From assembly GCA_030765135.1 (NCBI GenBank), contig JAVCDC010000125.1, positions 31,607 through 95,606 of the forward strand: DNA of 64,000 nucleotides, in the 5' to 3' direction. How positions within the stretch are numbered: the first letter of the stretch is position 1; each line of letters starts with the position of its first letter. The notes beneath the pieces are model-generated. The model worked only from the letters and a program-made list of their open reading frames with translations, had not been told where the DNA came from and ran no database searches. Made by a program: the position numbers and the translations under genes. This document shows positions 10,365-19,463 of the stretch, one piece after another. The stretch comes from Candidatus Tritonobacter lacicola (GTDB taxonomy: Bacteria; Auribacterota; Tritonobacteria; Tritonobacterales; Tritonobacteraceae).

Positions 10365-10418
10365 TTCGTCCCTCGTCCTTCATCAATCGTCAATCGTCAA
10401 TCGTCCTTCGTCCCCCGT
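10365..10418. repeat. (TCAATCG)n heptamer microsatellite + TCCTTCGTCC repeat spanning a gene junction
   Basis: tcaatcgtccttcgtccctcgtccttcatcaatcgtcaatcgtcaatcgtccttcgtccc; a 19-bp stretch, caatcgtcaatcgtccttc, is identical to 51522..51540. Confidence 0.8.
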
Positions 10419-11817
10419 CCTTCCTGGCCAGCCTTGCAGCAGCCATGGACACGCCGACATAGAGCCATATAGAGCGACAGGTCTCGACGTCGAAGTCCAC
10501 AATGCCGTGGATGGCAAACGCAAGCAAACCCGCAGCCATTGCTCGAAGCATAACTTGGTAATATGTGCTCTGCGCCGCTCTCAAGCCGGCGCGAAACTGC
10601 CGGACCAGGGCGGCGATGATCCAGGCAAATAACACAAGGCCAACGAGTCCGTAATGCACACCGACACCCACGTAAATGCTATGGGTATGGGAGAATTGCT
10701 TGTACTTCTCCAGATACAACAGGAGGAACGACATAATGCCCAGTCCCTGGAAGTACTGGCCTGACTCCCTGATGTGTTCCCACGCCATCTTCCATAACTC
10801 GATGCGGAAAAGAAACGTTTCCTCTTCCGCAAACTCGGCCGGGTTGTAGGCCCTGAAGCCAATTCTGACTCCCTCAAATGGATTCAGGGCGAAGAGAAAG
10901 ACCGCGCCGGCAAGCAGGACAACAAAAAGACAGAGGACAAGGCTTATGTGTCTGATCTGCTTGTTTATAGAGTAATAACTAAACAGGAAGAAGAGCACAA
11001 CCGCGAGAAGGGCGAAAAAGCCCGCCCTCGACCCCGTCAGCAGGTCAACAAGGAGCATGATGATTAAAAGCGGCACGAGCAGCCAGCGCGGTATAAATCC
11101 CTGTTCCCGTATGTACAGCATGGCGATAACCAGCATAATAATGAGGTTCAGCTCCCGAGAAAATATGTTAGGGTGCCCTGTCATCACGTCGACTCTGCCC
11201 GCCGCTCCCGTCGCGATAAAGTAGAGCCCGAGTCCTGTTAGAAGGATTCCCGAGAAGATCCATGTCTTGACAGTCCTCTCGAGCGTTACGCGTGACCCGA
11301 TAACCTTGACGGCTGTAATATAGATCATGACTCCGAAGGATAGATCGAGGAGCTGCCACTTGGCAAACCTTGGGCCGACGCTCCAGGTCAGTGAAAACGC
11401 GGCCCACGCAAGGAAGAGAAAAATTGGAAGGGTGAGGGGGTTACCTTCAACGAGCGGATCACCACGCTTGAGGGCCTTGAAAAACCAGCCGAGGAGCGCA
11501 CAAAATATCAGGGGATGCACAACTTCCATATTGGCCAGATGCCCGCGAACAAACGCAATACCGGGAAATGCCATCGTCAAGAGAGGCATGAAAAAAACAG
11601 CCGTAAAAAAGAGTATATCGGGCCTCGTGAGGGCGATCGCAGCCAATATTATCAGGACAAAGATGGCAAAGGCCGGGTTCGCCTCCTTGCCGGTTATCGA
11701 GATATATCCCGTGGCCACCTCTAATGTGAGAACGATGGCGCAGAACACAGTTATCCACGCAGCCCACCGGAGAAAAGAAAGGATATAACCCCAGGATATT
11801 TTTTTCTCCCCCTTCAC
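10390..11817 (-). CDS. O-antigen ligase / Wzy_C-domain polymerase-like membrane protein
   Basis: About 12 TM helices with a central periplasmic loop carrying TGSRAGFFALLAVV, an arrangement typical of the Wzy_C family. Confidence 0.5.
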   Translation of the reverse strand: MKGEKKISWGYILSFLRWAAWITVFCAIVLTLEVATGYISITGKEANPAFAIFVLIILAAIALTRPDILFFTAVFFMPLLTMAFPGIAFVRGHLANMEVVHPLIFCALLGWFFKALKRGDPLVEGNPLTLPIFLFLAWAAFSLTWSVGPRFAKWQLLDLSFGVMIYITAVKVIGSRVTLERTVKTWIFSGILLTGLGLYFIATGAAGRVDVMTGHPNIFSRELNLIIMLVIAMLYIREQGFIPRWLLVPLLIIMLLVDLLTGSRAGFFALLAVVLFFLFSYYSINKQIRHISLVLCLFVVLLAGAVFLFALNPFEGVRIGFRAYNPAEFAEEETFLFRIELWKMAWEHIRESGQYFQGLGIMSFLLLYLEKYKQFSHTHSIYVGVGVHYGLVGLVLFAWIIAALVRQFRAGLRAAQSTYYQVMLRAMAAGLLAFAIHGIVDFDVETCRSIWLYVGVSMAAARLARKDGGRRTIDD

Positions 11818-11936
11818 TTCCGTATCTATCCTCTTTAAATCCTTTTTTTACCAGTAGGTGTCATGTAATAAAAACATAAAAATATGGAAATATGGAAATA
11901 AGAAAATGATTCGATAATTATTTCTCGTATTTTTTT

Positions 11937-13772
11937 TCACCGCTTGCTGTTTTTATATTTCCATCTTTTCATATTTCCACCTTCTTCCAGGCGCTTCAGG
12001 AGAAGCTCCAGGCCGGCGCGGGAGCGCGGATAAACAACCTCCATCTCTCCCTCAACACCCTCCCCCCGGAAGCGCTCCCGCAGACGGACCTCCCCATTAT
12101 CCAGATAGTCGCGAACGAGCACTGCCGCCTCGCCGGACCTGCCCACGGCCGCCAGGAGAAGGGCCATCTTATTCCTCGCGGCAACGTCTTCGCCGGCGAC
12201 ACGTATCACGGCGGCCCCCCGCGCGATATCGTATTCGCACGCGGCGCCAATATACTCCGGATCGTCCGACAGGAAGGCATTGTATTCATCCAGGGCTCCC
12301 GCCATGTCGCCGATGTCGTAATACGCGCTCGCGAGGGAGAGGCGCGCGCCCGGGTCGGCGGGGTCCGCCCGGACCGCTCCCGCGAACGCCTCAGCGGCGC
12401 AATCCTTCCAGCCGTACAGTTGAAACTTTCTGCCAAGGTAATAAAGGGACGTGCCGTCTCCTTCGTTAATCCTCATCGCCAGGCGGGTCACGCACGACGG
12501 CGGGCGAACGGCGAGGTTTCCGAATGCCATGATCATGTTATTCGCGATTGGGCTGGGCCCTATGTACATGTCGGACTGGGGATTCAGAACGCCTATCAGA
12601 GACACGCCAACGGAAATTGCCAGAGATAAAATAAAGATGCATTTTATCAGAAAACCCCTTCGAACAGCTAGAAAGGGCCCCATGTATATGGCAAGAGGAG
12701 GAATAAGGGGGACAAAGAAGCGCATCCCGTATGACCACCCCCCGTAGTTAACGGTCTTCACCAGATAATATGCGGCGGTTGCGAAAATCGAGGAAAGCAC
12801 ATAGATGGAAAAAGCGCGGTATTCGGTCCATCTCCGCGAAAAAACGGCAGCAAGAAGAACTGCCGCTGGAAAGAGCAATACCGGGTTGAATAATAACAGT
12901 CCCCTGTACCCGATGAGAGAATGCCAGACGTAAACAAAAAAGGCGGATATGGATTCGTGGGAGGCCACGCCGCCGAGATCAGCCGCACTCCACTCGCTGG
13001 CCGGGTATTCAAAATATTCCGGGATAACGCCACCTGGTAAAACCGACCCCGTTATTGGCACATTGACCATGCAGTGAAGAGTAAAAGGGATGAGCCACCC
13101 CAGAACCGCGGGGACAGAGAGACGGCGATATTTCCCGCCCGACAGCAGGTAGATGATAAAAAATACCGAGAATATACCTCCCGGAGGAACGTCGATGGCC
13201 GCAGCCGTTCCAAGGAATAAGCCGGCGAGAAAAGCCCTCTTTGGACTCAAGCCCCGCAGGGTGAGGTACAGGGCGAAGAATATAAACGACCCGCCGATGA
13301 TCTGGGGACTCAGGATCGTGCTATAGGGCAAGATCAGCGTACCCACGCCGAACGCGAAGGTCGCCAGGAGGCGGCGAGGCTCATCCAGCCCGAATAAAGA
13401 CATAAGCCCGTAAAACAGAGCCAACATGAGGCTGGAAAGGACACCGACGGTAAAAATCGTCAATAAAGCATAAATCGCCCTCAGGTGACCGGCCATGGAG
13501 AGCCCCCCGGCTTTGAGAATAAAGTACATGGGAGCAACCATGGTCTGCAGGAGAGGAGGCTGGCAGCCGTAGAAATGCCCCCTCACAAGCACCTTGTCGC
13601 AAGTAGGAGGCAAAGAAGAGTCGTCTATAACATATGTATGCCGCTCGACAATGGATTCGATAGTCGCCAATCGTGCTATTGTGTTAGCCCCGATATTCAT
13701 ACGGCAAAATTGCGATACTGATATCAGGACGGACAGCAGCAGAAAATAGGCGATAAAAATCCCGAGCTTCAT
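11937..13772 (-). CDS. PMT_2-like GT-C membrane glycosyltransferase with C-terminal TPR repeats
   Basis: N-terminal TM domain with VIDDSS...GHFYGCQPPLL loop; C-terminal about 150 aa of TPR-like helices (AEAFAGAVRADPADPGARLSLASAYYDIGD...). AAGGAG sits 5 nt before the ATG at 13772. Confidence 0.55.
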   Translation of the reverse strand: MKLGIFIAYFLLLSVLISVSQFCRMNIGANTIARLATIESIVERHTYVIDDSSLPPTCDKVLVRGHFYGCQPPLLQTMVAPMYFILKAGGLSMAGHLRAIYALLTIFTVGVLSSLMLALFYGLMSLFGLDEPRRLLATFAFGVGTLILPYSTILSPQIIGGSFIFFALYLTLRGLSPKRAFLAGLFLGTAAAIDVPPGGIFSVFFIIYLLSGGKYRRLSVPAVLGWLIPFTLHCMVNVPITGSVLPGGVIPEYFEYPASEWSAADLGGVASHESISAFFVYVWHSLIGYRGLLLFNPVLLFPAAVLLAAVFSRRWTEYRAFSIYVLSSIFATAAYYLVKTVNYGGWSYGMRFFVPLIPPLAIYMGPFLAVRRGFLIKCIFILSLAISVGVSLIGVLNPQSDMYIGPSPIANNMIMAFGNLAVRPPSCVTRLAMRINEGDGTSLYYLGRKFQLYGWKDCAAEAFAGAVRADPADPGARLSLASAYYDIGDMAGALDEYNAFLSDDPEYIGAACEYDIARGAAVIRVAGEDVAARNKMALLLAAVGRSGEAAVLVRDYLDNGEVRLRERFRGEGVEGEMEVVYPRSRAGLELLLKRLEEGGNMKRWKYKNSKR

Positions 13773-13850
13773 CGAATCTCCTTGCTAACGGGAGCGGTTA
13801 ATTGGTTGATCAGGAAACAGCATGTGCAATTATATAAGGATAATTCATCA

Positions 13851-13880
13851 TAAATTCGCGAGCGTAGCGAGCGAATTTAT
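13851..13880. promoter_or_regulatory. 30-bp near-palindromic element, copy 1 (TAAATTCGCGAGCGTAGCGAGCGAATTTAT)
   Basis: Reverse-complement version of the motif found at 25198, 27031, 31163 and 57975; about 80 nt upstream of the 11937..13772 gene start. Confidence 0.6.
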
Positions 13881-13922
13881 TAGTATAGGGAAAAAGAAAA
13901 CGTATGGGGAACGAAAAAAGGG

Positions 13923-16900
13923 CTACTCAATCCTGACGGCGGTCATTGCCGACGCGTCGTTGCCGGAGGGGATGATCCACAGGTCCCTGGCAAGCTGGTC
14001 CGGGTTGCGCGCATCCGCGTCCCAGTAGGTCCAGTCGCCGGGCCGGGGGGCGTTGTAGAAATAAAGGTTCATGTCGCCCCCGTTTTCAAGCTTCAGGATT
14101 GCAAGCTCGTCTGTCATGTCCAGGTCCATGTCTATCGCCGACAGGGCTATGGCGTCGTTGCCGCCCGGGATGATCCACATGTCCCTTGCCAGAGGAGTAG
14201 GGTTGCGCGAGAGGGCGTCCCAGTAGGTCCGGTCGCCGGGGAGCGGGCAGTTGTAGATGTAAAGGTTGACGTCGCCCGCGCCCTCCTTCTTAAGAATAGC
14301 CAGCTCCTTGCGCCCGTCTTCCGTCACGTCCAGGGCGGCGATGCCGACGGCGTCGTTGCCCGCCGGTATGATCCACATGTCGCGCGCCAGGGCCGACGGG
14401 TTGCGCGCATCCGCGTCCCAGTAGGTCCAGTCGCCGGGAAGGGGGCTGTTATAGAGATAAAGGTTGACGTCGCCGGCGCCCTCCTTCTTGAGCAGGGCGA
14501 TCTCCCTCTCCTGGCCATGGCCATCGACATCGATGGCCGCCATTCCCACCGCGTCGTTGCCGGAGGGGATAATCCACAGGTCCCTGGCAAGCGGGTCCGG
14601 GTTGCGCGCATTCGCGTCCCAGTAGGTCCAGTCACCCTCCACAAGGGTGTTGTAGATGTAGAGGTTGACGTCGCCCGTACCCTCCTTCGTGAGGACAAGG
14701 AGCTCATCGCTCGTGTCGCCCGTCAGCTCTATGGCAGCCGCGTTTATGGAGTCGTTACCCGCCGGTATGATCCACATGTCGCGCGCCAGGGCCGACTCGT
14801 TGCTCCCCTTCGCGGCATAATAATCCATGCTGCCCACGGCGGGACAGTTGTAGTAGTAGAGGTTGGAGTCGTTCAAATTCTCGCGCTTCATCAGGGCCAG
14901 CTTCCGCGGCCCGGCGGGAGAAGGCGTGGGCGTGCCCGTGACGGTGGGTGTATTCGATGGCGTGGCCGTCGGCGTGATGGTCGGCGTCGGTGTCGGGCCG
15001 AGGTAGAGAGTGAGCTTCACTGCCGTAACGTCATCAGCCGGGACGGTGGAGGTGAAGGACGCGCCCCCGAGCGGCCAGGTGATGTCCCGCCCCATCAGGT
15101 CAACCGCCCCCGTGACAGTGCCCGTTATACCAATGGCGGAGAGGTCAAGGGTTACGGTGATATTCTTCTGTACGGAATCCCTGTTCCAGATCGTCACGAC
15201 GACAGTGTCGCCCCCGCTCCCGACGAAACTGAAGGCCTTGAGGTTGACGGCGCCTGACGCGGTGAGGCCGAGGCCGGCCTTGAAGGAGCCGTGGTAGAAC
15301 GCGTCAGGGGCAGCGTCGTATGCGGCGTAGTACTTCGTGTGATCAACATAAGGATTTATAGGCCCCCCGGCCAGCTTGCAGCCGAATGTGAAACTCGCCT
15401 GCGGCCACGGCTCGGTTTTGTCCGGCACGCCGGGCGTCCTCTCCTTCATCAGTGAGCCGAAGACGCCGGGTAAGAGGTAGCGCGCCACCTCCGGGTAATC
15501 CCGCTCGGTACCGCCCCCCTCGGCCGTTCCCTGGTAGCCCGAAAGGTGATTCATCGACCAGAGGTCCACGTAAGGTATGAGGAAATCGCTTATCCCCTCG
15601 ATGCCGAGAATCCTGCCCGTCCCCTCGCCGGGAACCCGCCACACCTCGTCGTTGAGGCGCTTCAGGAAGCCCGTCAGGCCCGGCCCCATTGCGTGGGCGG
15701 GTGAGTAGTGGCCGTGGTCGGAGCCGTAGCAGAATATCTCGGGTGCGAATACCATGACACAGTCGAGCCAGGCGCCGTCCACACCCGCGTCTTTAATCTC
15801 CTCGTGGTCGTTTATGACAGTGTACCTGAGCGCCTCGCTGTGGAAGGACTGCTGGTAGAAGAGCTTGCCCTGCATGTAAGGCCATTCCACATACGCGCGG
15901 CTGCCGTCAGGCTTGATGACACTCTCGAGCGGGTTCGCCCCGAACCATGCCCCATCCCGGTCGGCGTGGAAGATGTTGGTGAAGTAGATGACATGATCCT
16001 GCTGCTGCTCGCACACCTGCATGGCCCCCTCGAGTTCTTCCCGGGTGCCCTTGCTTCCCTTCAACACGAAACGCGGCCAGTAATACTGGGAACTGCCATC
16101 CTCGTACCACTGCTGGTCCATGAGGTTATGGTTTTGATTTTCTTCCCATTTATTTAGAAGCTCCTCGTCGTACTCGGCGAACCTGTCCACAGTCCACCAG
16201 ATGAAGCTGTGGGCCTCCTTCGCCCAGTCCGGATAATCCCTCGTCCAGCCGGTGTTGGGGTTCTCGATGAACTCCCTGTAGCGGTCGGCGCCCCAGTACC
16301 AGCCGGGGCCGCTCTTGATGCCTATCTCCAGCACTGTGGAGTACCATATGCCATCATTGTAGTACCCCCCGCCCGGCTCCAGGAAGGGGAACTGCGTCAG
16401 CGCTATCTCCTCGTCTTTGTTCGCCCGGCCGGCTCCGCCGAGGGAGCCGTTCTGCCTGTCGTCGTAGCCGTAGCGGAAGGACTTGGCCACCGCGTCCTTG
16501 TCCAGTGCCGCGTAGTAGAGCCCCTCCACGTCGTTCCCGTACCACACCCACTGCCAGCCGCAGAGGGGGTACCTGGCGCCCCTTATGTGCACTGTTCCGG
16601 ATGGGAGTATCCTCTCGAAATTAAAATTCTCCCACCTCTCGCCGCGCCGGTGGGGCGTGATGCAGTAGTCGTCGCCCTCCAGGACGTTCAGGCCCCTTAT
16701 GTGAGGGTATGTGACTGATACGATGGTCCTTCCCGTATCCGTATCCGTATCCGTCGCCGGGTTGTCGATTATGATTCTCCACCGGGTGAAGGGACTGCCG
16801 TCTAATACCCTGACGCGCTGCGTCACCGTGCACTCGCCGGTACCCAGTGTAAACGAGTGATACATATTCAGCTCGATGTAACCGCTGCCAGGAATCGCCT

Positions 16901-17303
16901 CCCACTTCTCCCGGCCCGTGAGAGGTTTCTCCGTGAGAGGTTTCTCCCATCCCCTCACGACTGTGGTCCGGGACCTGTCGTGAGATGTCTCCCACTTGTC
17001 GGGGTTGTTATGGTAGCGGAGGAACCAGGAGCTCGTGTTGTGAGTTGCGTCGACGAAGTCCGTCCCGGTATCCCTGTTGATGAGGGAGAGGAGCTTCCCG
17101 TATGTCTTGTCGAAGTGGAGCTCCACCTTTGAGTTGCCAAGAACGAGGTAGTCGCCCGTGTCATTGAAGTAGCAGTCCTGCTGCGTGTGGGCAGGGGGAG
17201 GCGCGTATGCCGTGCACAGGCATACGACAAGAATCAGTTGTGGAAGATAAGTTTTCACACCGGAATACCCCCGTTGATACTCCCCGGCGATGCTCCCATT
17301 CAA
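13923..17303 (-). CDS. secreted multidomain protein: N-terminal putative glycoside-hydrolase-like domain, Pro/Thr linker, C-terminal FG-GAP-like tandem repeats
   Basis: Signal-peptide-like N-terminus (alternative GTG start near 17258). PTPTPTITPTATPSNTPTVTGTPTPSP linker. Four and a half near-identical ~66-aa modules (LARDMWIIPAGNDAVG.AAIDVDGHG.E.AILKKEGAGDVNLYIYN.P.PGDWTYWDADARNP) with a Dx(D/T)xDG calcium-loop-like motif. Confidence 0.55.
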   Translation of the reverse strand: MNGSIAGEYQRGYSGVKTYLPQLILVVCLCTAYAPPPAHTQQDCYFNDTGDYLVLGNSKVELHFDKTYGKLLSLINRDTGTDFVDATHNTSSWFLRYHNNPDKWETSHDRSRTTVVRGWEKPLTEKPLTGREKWEAIPGSGYIELNMYHSFTLGTGECTVTQRVRVLDGSPFTRWRIIIDNPATDTDTDTGRTIVSVTYPHIRGLNVLEGDDYCITPHRRGERWENFNFERILPSGTVHIRGARYPLCGWQWVWYGNDVEGLYYAALDKDAVAKSFRYGYDDRQNGSLGGAGRANKDEEIALTQFPFLEPGGGYYNDGIWYSTVLEIGIKSGPGWYWGADRYREFIENPNTGWTRDYPDWAKEAHSFIWWTVDRFAEYDEELLNKWEENQNHNLMDQQWYEDGSSQYYWPRFVLKGSKGTREELEGAMQVCEQQQDHVIYFTNIFHADRDGAWFGANPLESVIKPDGSRAYVEWPYMQGKLFYQQSFHSEALRYTVINDHEEIKDAGVDGAWLDCVMVFAPEIFCYGSDHGHYSPAHAMGPGLTGFLKRLNDEVWRVPGEGTGRILGIEGISDFLIPYVDLWSMNHLSGYQGTAEGGGTERDYPEVARYLLPGVFGSLMKERTPGVPDKTEPWPQASFTFGCKLAGGPINPYVDHTKYYAAYDAAPDAFYHGSFKAGLGLTASGAVNLKAFSFVGSGGDTVVVTIWNRDSVQKNITVTLDLSAIGITGTVTGAVDLMGRDITWPLGGASFTSTVPADDVTAVKLTLYLGPTPTPTITPTATPSNTPTVTGTPTPSPAGPRKLALMKRENLNDSNLYYYNCPAVGSMDYYAAKGSNESALARDMWIIPAGNDSINAAAIELTGDTSDELLVLTKEGTGDVNLYIYNTLVEGDWTYWDANARNPDPLARDLWIIPSGNDAVGMAAIDVDGHGQEREIALLKKEGAGDVNLYLYNSPLPGDWTYWDADARNPSALARDMWIIPAGNDAVGIAALDVTEDGRKELAILKKEGAGDVNLYIYNCPLPGDRTYWDALSRNPTPLARDMWIIPGGNDAIALSAIDMDLDMTDELAILKLENGGDMNLYFYNAPRPGDWTYWDADARNPDQLARDLWIIPSGNDASAMTAVRIE

Positions 17304-17571
17304 GCACCGCCCCTTTATCCGGTCAAGGACAATCTTTACGGGAGCCGCCTCCCGTAAAAAGATAAGCCCGCTCTCGCGAAAGAACGGGCCCCGGGCGCCA
17401 ATGCCTCAATCCAGCAGCCCGACCGCCGTGTCCCCTACGGGGATGTAGGCTCCAAGCTTTGTGCCCCACCCTTTCGCGGTGGTTTACCCTTAGGATTTAA
17501 TGTATTAAGTGAAAGAACAGCGCCTGCCCACTATATATATACCATCGCACCAGCGCTGTGTCAAGGAGGAT

Positions 17572-17642
17572 ACGCACTATTGTAGGGAACGCACTATTGT
17601 CCAAACTATTTGGTAACGTTCAAAAGTTGTGGCATTTTGCCA
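17572..17642. promoter_or_regulatory. candidate operator cluster upstream of the large secreted-protein gene: direct repeat ACGCACTATTGT x2 (17 nt apart) and perfect palindrome TGGCA-ttt-TGCCA
   Basis: Read directly at 17572..17583, 17589..17600 and 17630..17642; located in an AT-rich 550-bp intergenic region. Confidence 0.35.
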
Positions 17643-17655
17643 TTATATACAAATT

Positions 17656-17784
17656 CCTCCCCCTTGATGGGGGAGGTTAGGTGGGGGTGAAAAAGCAATT
17701 ACTCGTATCTCTTACAGGTTAAACAGGAACGAATAAGGACATTAAGCCCCCTCCCCTTAATCCCCTCCCCCGTTGGGGAGGGGA
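17656..17784 (-). terminator. two G/C-rich hairpins downstream of the 17855..19429 gene (candidate terminators)
   Basis: cctccccc-ttgat-gggggagg (17656..17676) and cccctccccc-gtt-ggggagggg (17763..17784); on the minus strand the first is followed by AAUUUGUAUAU. Confidence 0.4.
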
Positions 17785-17854
17785 AATATGGTTATGGCAT
17801 TTGCCGTAACTCTTGAACATTACCAACTATTTAGAAATGTCCCCTGCAAGATTC

Positions 17855-19429
17855 TTATTTACCCGACTTTGATGCCGGCCTCCAGTACACGCGCAGCAGC
17901 CGGAGACGCGCCACCTCCGCCCATCCCTCCGGTATCTCCCGCGGATACCTTCCCCGGTTCCCCCAGCGGTAGGGGTCCCATATAACGTAACAGTCGATGC
18001 CGGCGCCGGCCGGCAATGCTTTCTCTCCCCGCCCGAGCAGGAGATACCTGTATGCCTCGTCAAGGAAGTCACCCGAGTCGAAATCCAGAACTATGGAAAA
18101 AGGCTTTCCCCCACTCCTGCCCAGGACATAATCAACCGCCCTCTCCTTTTGGATATAGGCGGTCCCATAGTCGCCGCTCGTTCCGCCTTCTTTTTCTACC
18201 ACGCGGTAAAAGGAATACACGAAGAGCGCCTGGCTCACCGCGATGCCGCAGATTAAGAGTACGAGCGCGCACCGCCAGGTAATGATCATCCCCCGCCGTA
18301 CCGATGTGGGCAGGGATGGGCACCAGAGCCACTCGAAAGCAAGGCCGGCGAGGATGAACTGACTGGGGTACAGGACGCTGAAGTAGTGTGGCCCCAGGAC
18401 CTTCCGCGTGAACCCGAAGATAAGGCTGGGGACGAGAAACCAAAGAATGAGGACGATTTCGCGGGGATCGGGGCGGCGCCCGGAAGACCTCCGGCGTCTC
18501 CAGTCAAGCGCTCCCCGGCCAACGATGAAGAGACCGAGTATCACCAGGAGGTGCTCAGCCAAGTTGAGGCCCATAGGAAGGCAGCCGCGAGCCAGCGAGG
18601 CCCACACGGCGGCGCCGAGCAGATTATTGAGGCCGAAGAACGAGAGGTTCATCACGAACGGGATCTTCCAAGCATGTGTGAGGCTTTCGGCCAGCGGCAC
18701 TATCTCACTCCTCCCTCCCATCAAGAGCAGGGCGCCGATCTCCCCGGCCAGGTCATGCCCGCGAAGCCAGAGAAAACGGATTGAGACAACCAGGGGAACC
18801 AATCCCAAGAGCAGCGCCGCCGCCAGGTGATACCATTTCCAGGCCGGACGATAAATAATAAACGCTACGGCCGGAACGATCCCAAGGACGAGGTAGACAG
18901 GATGAAGCTGAACAAGGATCAGCCAGCTTAGGAGCAGGGGAAAAAAGTAGCCGTTCTTTTTATCGACGAGGATCGCCAGAAGAGAGTAGATGAAGAGAAT
19001 CGTGAGGGGGGGGCATACGTTCGGGTTCCAGATCTTCCGGGAGTAGAGGACAGCCCAGGGAGATAGGGCAAAAAGGATGACGGAAACGACAGCGACCCGC
19101 TCTCCCCAGAATCGTCTCACCATCAGGTAGCATAAAAAGAGGCCCAGTACATTAAAGAGCGCAATCCATAACGTCACCCAGACCGGGTCGCGGCAAAACA
19201 CGTAGGGGATCGACAGGAGATAGCTGAAAAGGGGCGCAAAGTAGCCGCCCACGCTTGTGCGCCCCCCGGTTGCGGGGATGACCCCGCGAACAATCCACTT
19301 GTTCGCGATAACGAGCAGCCTCCCCTCATCCGCCTTGAACTCCATGATGGACATATCCTCCAGGCGGAGAAAGGTCCCCGCCACGAGGGCAAGGCCGACA
19401 AGTGCCAGTACAACTGGATGCACCTTCAT
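17855..19429 (-). CDS. ArnT/PMT_2-family GT-C glycosyltransferase
   Basis: FKADEGRLLVIANKWIVRGV...YFAPLFSYLL loop pattern of PMT_2. Likely start MKVHPVVLALVG at 19429, just before the first TM helix; the ORF-track start at 19498 would overlap the upstream gene by 35 nt. Confidence 0.55.
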   Translation of the reverse strand: MKVHPVVLALVGLALVAGTFLRLEDMSIMEFKADEGRLLVIANKWIVRGVIPATGGRTSVGGYFAPLFSYLLSIPYVFCRDPVWVTLWIALFNVLGLFLCYLMVRRFWGERVAVVSVILFALSPWAVLYSRKIWNPNVCPPLTILFIYSLLAILVDKKNGYFFPLLLSWLILVQLHPVYLVLGIVPAVAFIIYRPAWKWYHLAAALLLGLVPLVVSIRFLWLRGHDLAGEIGALLLMGGRSEIVPLAESLTHAWKIPFVMNLSFFGLNNLLGAAVWASLARGCLPMGLNLAEHLLVILGLFIVGRGALDWRRRRSSGRRPDPREIVLILWFLVPSLIFGFTRKVLGPHYFSVLYPSQFILAGLAFEWLWCPSLPTSVRRGMIITWRCALVLLICGIAVSQALFVYSFYRVVEKEGGTSGDYGTAYIQKERAVDYVLGRSGGKPFSIVLDFDSGDFLDEAYRYLLLGRGEKALPAGAGIDCYVIWDPYRWGNRGRYPREIPEGWAEVARLRLLRVYWRPASKSGK

Positions 19430-19463
19430 AATTGATGAAATATAATGCTCTCTTCCTAAGTTG

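Noticed and set aside
17561-17570. AAGGAGGA Shine-Dalgarno-like hexamer on the plus strand in the 17304..17854 spacer
   Set aside because: No start codon or ORF follows it on the plus strand; it is most likely part of the AT/purine-rich promoter region of the minus-strand gene.
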